A DNA stretch of 64,000 nucleotides from Thermodesulfobacteriota bacterium. GTDB taxonomy: Bacteria; Desulfobacterota_D; UBA1144; Nemesobacterales; Mycalebacteriaceae. Both the position numbers and the translations under genes were made by a program. Positions within the stretch are counted from its first letter, which is position 1. Every line of letters begins with the position of its first letter. The notes under the pieces are model-generated. The model was not told the DNA's origin and ran no database searches. It saw nothing but the letters and a program-made list of their open reading frames with translations. The stretch spans positions 160,001 to 224,000 of the forward strand of contig OZ242184.1 in NCBI GenBank assembly GCA_965205855.1, given 5' to 3'. This document shows positions 61,128-64,000 of the stretch, in pieces.

Positions 61128-62594
61128 TTATCCCCTATACCACTTGGGTGCCTCTCCGCCCAGAGAGATGTTAACGGTTTTTGTCTCAAGATAGCTCTCA
61201 AGTCCCTCCGCTCCGAGTTCCTTTCCGAAGCCGCTTTGTTTGAGTCCGCCGTATGGCGTCTGCGCAGAGATTCCGCCGTAGGTATTGACCCACAGGTATC
61301 CGGCTTTGATTTCGCGCGCGCACCGCATCGCTCTGGACGTGTCCGTTGTCCAGATTCCTCCGGCAAGACCGTATTGCGTATTATTTGCAATCCGCACCGC
61401 CTCCGCTTCGGTTTCAAACTCCATTGCCGCGACCACGGGACCGAAGATTTCCGTTCGCGCGGCTATGTTTGACGGCTTGACTTTGGCGAGGATGGTTGGC
61501 TTGTAAAAATATCCCTTCCCCTTTTTTTCGCCGCCGCATACAACCTGCGCTCCCTGTTCAACGGCTTTGTCCACGCAACTTCGAACCTTTGCAAGATGCT
61601 CCCGTGAGATTAGCGTTCCCATCTCCGTGCCGGGCGCTTCGGGGTTGCCGACTTTGATTTTTGCCGCTTTCTTCGCGTAAGCGTTCATAAATTTACGGTA
61701 TATGTTTTTGTGAAGAAGCAGTTTTGTAACAGCGGTACAATTCTGCCCCTGATTGAAAAAACCGCCCCTCAAACACGTCTCAACCGCCTGTCCCATGTCC
61801 GCATCCTCAAACACAATGCAGGACGCCTTTCCTCCGAGTTCAAGCGACACACGTTTTACATCTTCCGCCGCCGTTTTCATAACTGTTTTTCCGGTCGCCG
61901 TTGAGCCCGTAAAGGCGATTTTTGCCACTTCGGGATGACGGACGAGTTCTCCTCCGGTTTGCGGCCCCGCGCCGGTTACAACATTGAGAACTCCGGGGGG
62001 CAGCCCCGCCTTGTCAACGCACAGTTTTGCTATTTTTGTTATGGCAACCGATGTGAATTCGGAAGGTTTTACAACAACCGTGCATCCCGCCGCGAGAGCC
62101 GCCGAGATTTTCCAGAAAGCGAGCAGAACGGGGAAATTCCACGGCACAATTTGAGCCGCGACCCCGACCGGCTCCCTGATTGTGAAAGAGGTCTGATTTG
62201 CCGAAACATCAATCGTTTCGCCGCCGGTTTTATGTGCGATTCCGGCAAAGTATTCAAGCGCTTTGACCGAGCCGCCGATTTCAACAACCTTGCTTTCCCG
62301 AAGCGGTTTTCCGGTTTCCCGTGTGTTGACAAGCGCAAGGGTGTCCGCATTTTTCTCAAGAACGGCGGCGATTTTGAGCAGGGTTTTCGACCTTTCTGCG
62401 GCGGGCGTCCTGCTCCATTTTCCGAAAGCCCGGCTTGCGGCTTTGACCGCCAAATCCACCTCCGCCGCACCGCAAAGAGCGACTTCCGCAAAAGGTTTTT
62501 CAGTCGCCGGGTTCTCCCGTGCAAAATATTTCATCCCGCGCGTCCTGATTTCGCGCCCGTCTATAAAGGGGTTGCATTTTATTATTGAAGGCAT
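61128..62594 (-). CDS. NAD(P)-dependent aldehyde dehydrogenase
   Basis: PWNFP, KPSE, FTGS, LELGGK, FNQGQNC and EIFGP motifs. Confidence 0.95.
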   Translation of the reverse strand: MPSIIKCNPFIDGREIRTRGMKYFARENPATEKPFAEVALCGAAEVDLAVKAASRAFGKWSRTPAAERSKTLLKIAAVLEKNADTLALVNTRETGKPLRESKVVEIGGSVKALEYFAGIAHKTGGETIDVSANQTSFTIREPVGVAAQIVPWNFPVLLAFWKISAALAAGCTVVVKPSEFTSVAITKIAKLCVDKAGLPPGVLNVVTGAGPQTGGELVRHPEVAKIAFTGSTATGKTVMKTAAEDVKRVSLELGGKASCIVFEDADMGQAVETCLRGGFFNQGQNCTAVTKLLLHKNIYRKFMNAYAKKAAKIKVGNPEAPGTEMGTLISREHLAKVRSCVDKAVEQGAQVVCGGEKKGKGYFYKPTILAKVKPSNIAARTEIFGPVVAAMEFETEAEAVRIANNTQYGLAGGIWTTDTSRAMRCAREIKAGYLWVNTYGGISAQTPYGGLKQSGFGKELGAEGLESYLETKTVNISLGGEAPKWYRG

Positions 62595-62659
62595 TGTTTT
62601 TTGTATTACCCTTAGTTTAACTGTTGATATGAAAACAAACACGGGGGGAAAAAGCAACA

Positions 62660-63085
62660 ATGTCTGATATAACCGGAGCAAAAGGAAGGTGTCTTTGCGG
62701 GGCGGTTGGTTTTACCGTAAAAGGGGTGAATAAGAGTGTGGGCGCCTGCCACTGTGAAATGTGCAGAAGGTGGGGCGGCGGCCCGTTTATGGCGGTCAAC
62801 TGCGGAACCGATGTTTCTTTTGAGGGCGTAGAGCATGTGTCGGTGTTTGATTCTTCCGCATGGGCGGAGCGCGGTTTTTGCGCAAAGTGCGGAACTCACC
62901 TTTTCTACAGGGTAAAGGAGAAAAACCTGCACATAATGCCCGCCGGTCTTTTCTGCGATGAACCCCCGTTTGTTTTTGACCATCAGGTTTTTATTGAAGA
63001 GAAGCCGGAGTTTTACCAGTTTGCGAACAAAACAAAGAATATGACCGGCAAGGAGTGTTTCGCGGCGTTTTCTTCGGAGGGATGA
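62660..63085 (+). CDS. GFA (CENP-V/Gfa) family protein
   Basis: GRCLCGAV, CHCEMCRRW and RGFCAKCGTHLFY motifs. Confidence 0.93.
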   Translation: MSDITGAKGRCLCGAVGFTVKGVNKSVGACHCEMCRRWGGGPFMAVNCGTDVSFEGVEHVSVFDSSAWAERGFCAKCGTHLFYRVKEKNLHIMPAGLFCDEPPFVFDHQVFIEEKPEFYQFANKTKNMTGKECFAAFSSEG

Positions 63086-63244
63086 GGCGCAAATGATTTT
63101 GTTGGTTTTTGATGTTTCTTAATAAAACTCTTTTTGTGGCTAAGATAGTAATCTGCTGATGTTTTTGACAACCCAGCATCTTTTCCTGTAAATTAGCCCT
63201 GTTTCTATCACTCAAACACCTTGTCAAACTAGGGGGACGGAACA

Positions 63245-64000
63245 ATTACTCTTATAGACGACATCTACAAAAAAGTTATCGAGCGCGGCGAGCCGATAGA
63301 TTTTGACGAAGCGCTCGCGCTTACAGAGATTCCCGCGTCCGCGATAGGCGAGCTTATGTGCGTCGCCCGCGATGTTACGAAAAGACACCATGGCGACGGC
63401 GTTTTTCTGCGCTCAATCATCTCCGCGCAAACCGGAAACTGCCCCGAAGACTGCGCATTCTGTTCGCAATCGGCGCATTATGATACCGATGTTGAAGCGC
63501 ACCCTCTTATGGCGGATGAAAAAATACTTCAGGCGGCAAAACAGGCGGAAACAATGGGCGCGATGGATTTCTGCATTGTCATAAGCGCTAAGGGTCCCAC
63601 GCCTCGCATTTTTAAACGGGTTCTCGGCGCAGTTGACCTTCTCAAGCGTGAGACAAACCTGAAAGTCGGCTGCTCGCTTGGAGAACTAACCGAAGAGCAG
63701 GCAATTTTGCTCAAAGAACACGGCGTCTGGAGATACAATCACAACATTGAGACTTGCAGAAGCCATTTTCCCAGCATCGTTACCACGCATTCGTATGATG
63801 ACAGGGTCAGAACGGCGGAAATAGTTAAGAAAACCGGTATGAATCTGTGTTCCGGAGGCATTCTCGGAATGGGTGAAAGCACCCGCCAGCGCGTTGAATT
63901 CGCCTTTGAAATAAGGGAACTTGACCCGAACTGGGTTCCGATTAACTTCCTCAACCCGCGTCCCGGCACGCCGTTTTCAAACTTTGAACCGGTTCAGCCG
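63245..64000 (+). CDS. bioB: Biotin synthase, 3'-partial; probable ATT start
   Basis: Missing from the ORF track because it runs off the window. My translation gives GNCPEDCAFCSQSAHY (CxxxCxxC), GCSLG, YNHNIET, CSGGILGMGE and VPINFLNPRPGTPF. Confidence 0.95.
   Translation, partial: MTLIDDIYKKVIERGEPIDFDEALALTEIPASAIGELMCVARDVTKRHHGDGVFLRSIISAQTGNCPEDCAFCSQSAHYDTDVEAHPLMADEKILQAAKQAETMGAMDFCIVISAKGPTPRIFKRVLGAVDLLKRETNLKVGCSLGELTEEQAILLKEHGVWRYNHNIETCRSHFPSIVTTHSYDDRVRTAEIVKKTGMNLCSGGILGMGESTRQRVEFAFEIRELDPNWVPINFLNPRPGTPFSNFEPVQP

Noticed and set aside
63086-63244. BirA operator upstream of bioB
   Set aside because: Only half-site-like TTGTCAAAC/TGTAAA sequences, with no properly spaced inverted partner.

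Overview
A mostly core-chromosome window (about 48% GC by eye) from a bacterium. The split atpF'FHAGDC operon, gene content and codon style suggest Desulfobacterota-related Ca. Dadabacteria, possibly a marine or host-associated lineage; this is inference only. It carries gshA, CLC and CPA2 transporters, the atp operon, class II (B12-dependent) nrdJ with tandem NrdR boxes, ruvX, grxD/bolA, a cobB-cobD-cobQ-cobW-cobN cluster, tRNA-Leu(CAG), groES-groEL, argH, prmC-murA-hisG, a chdC-like gene followed by ftsY-ribD-nadD-rsfS, yggS-proC-yggT-yggU, npdG, an intact AT-rich type II restriction-modification cassette, rpsF-rpsR-rplI-thi4, a membrane pyrophosphatase, prs-rplY-pth, a BadI/MenB-like hydrolase with an ALDH, and a partial bioB. 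Two AT-rich pseudogenes are present (a Tsp45I-like endonuclease and a UDG-superfamily-like gene). The standout is ribosomal protein bS6 fused in frame to an SmrA/SmrB-type Smr nuclease domain inside the rpsF-rpsR-rplI operon, a candidate ribosome-tethered collision-rescue nuclease. Also notable are probable non-AUG starts (rsfS ATA, bioB ATT), an unannotated structured intergenic element upstream of prs, and several archaeal-like genes. All family assignments come from recalled motifs; no searches were run.
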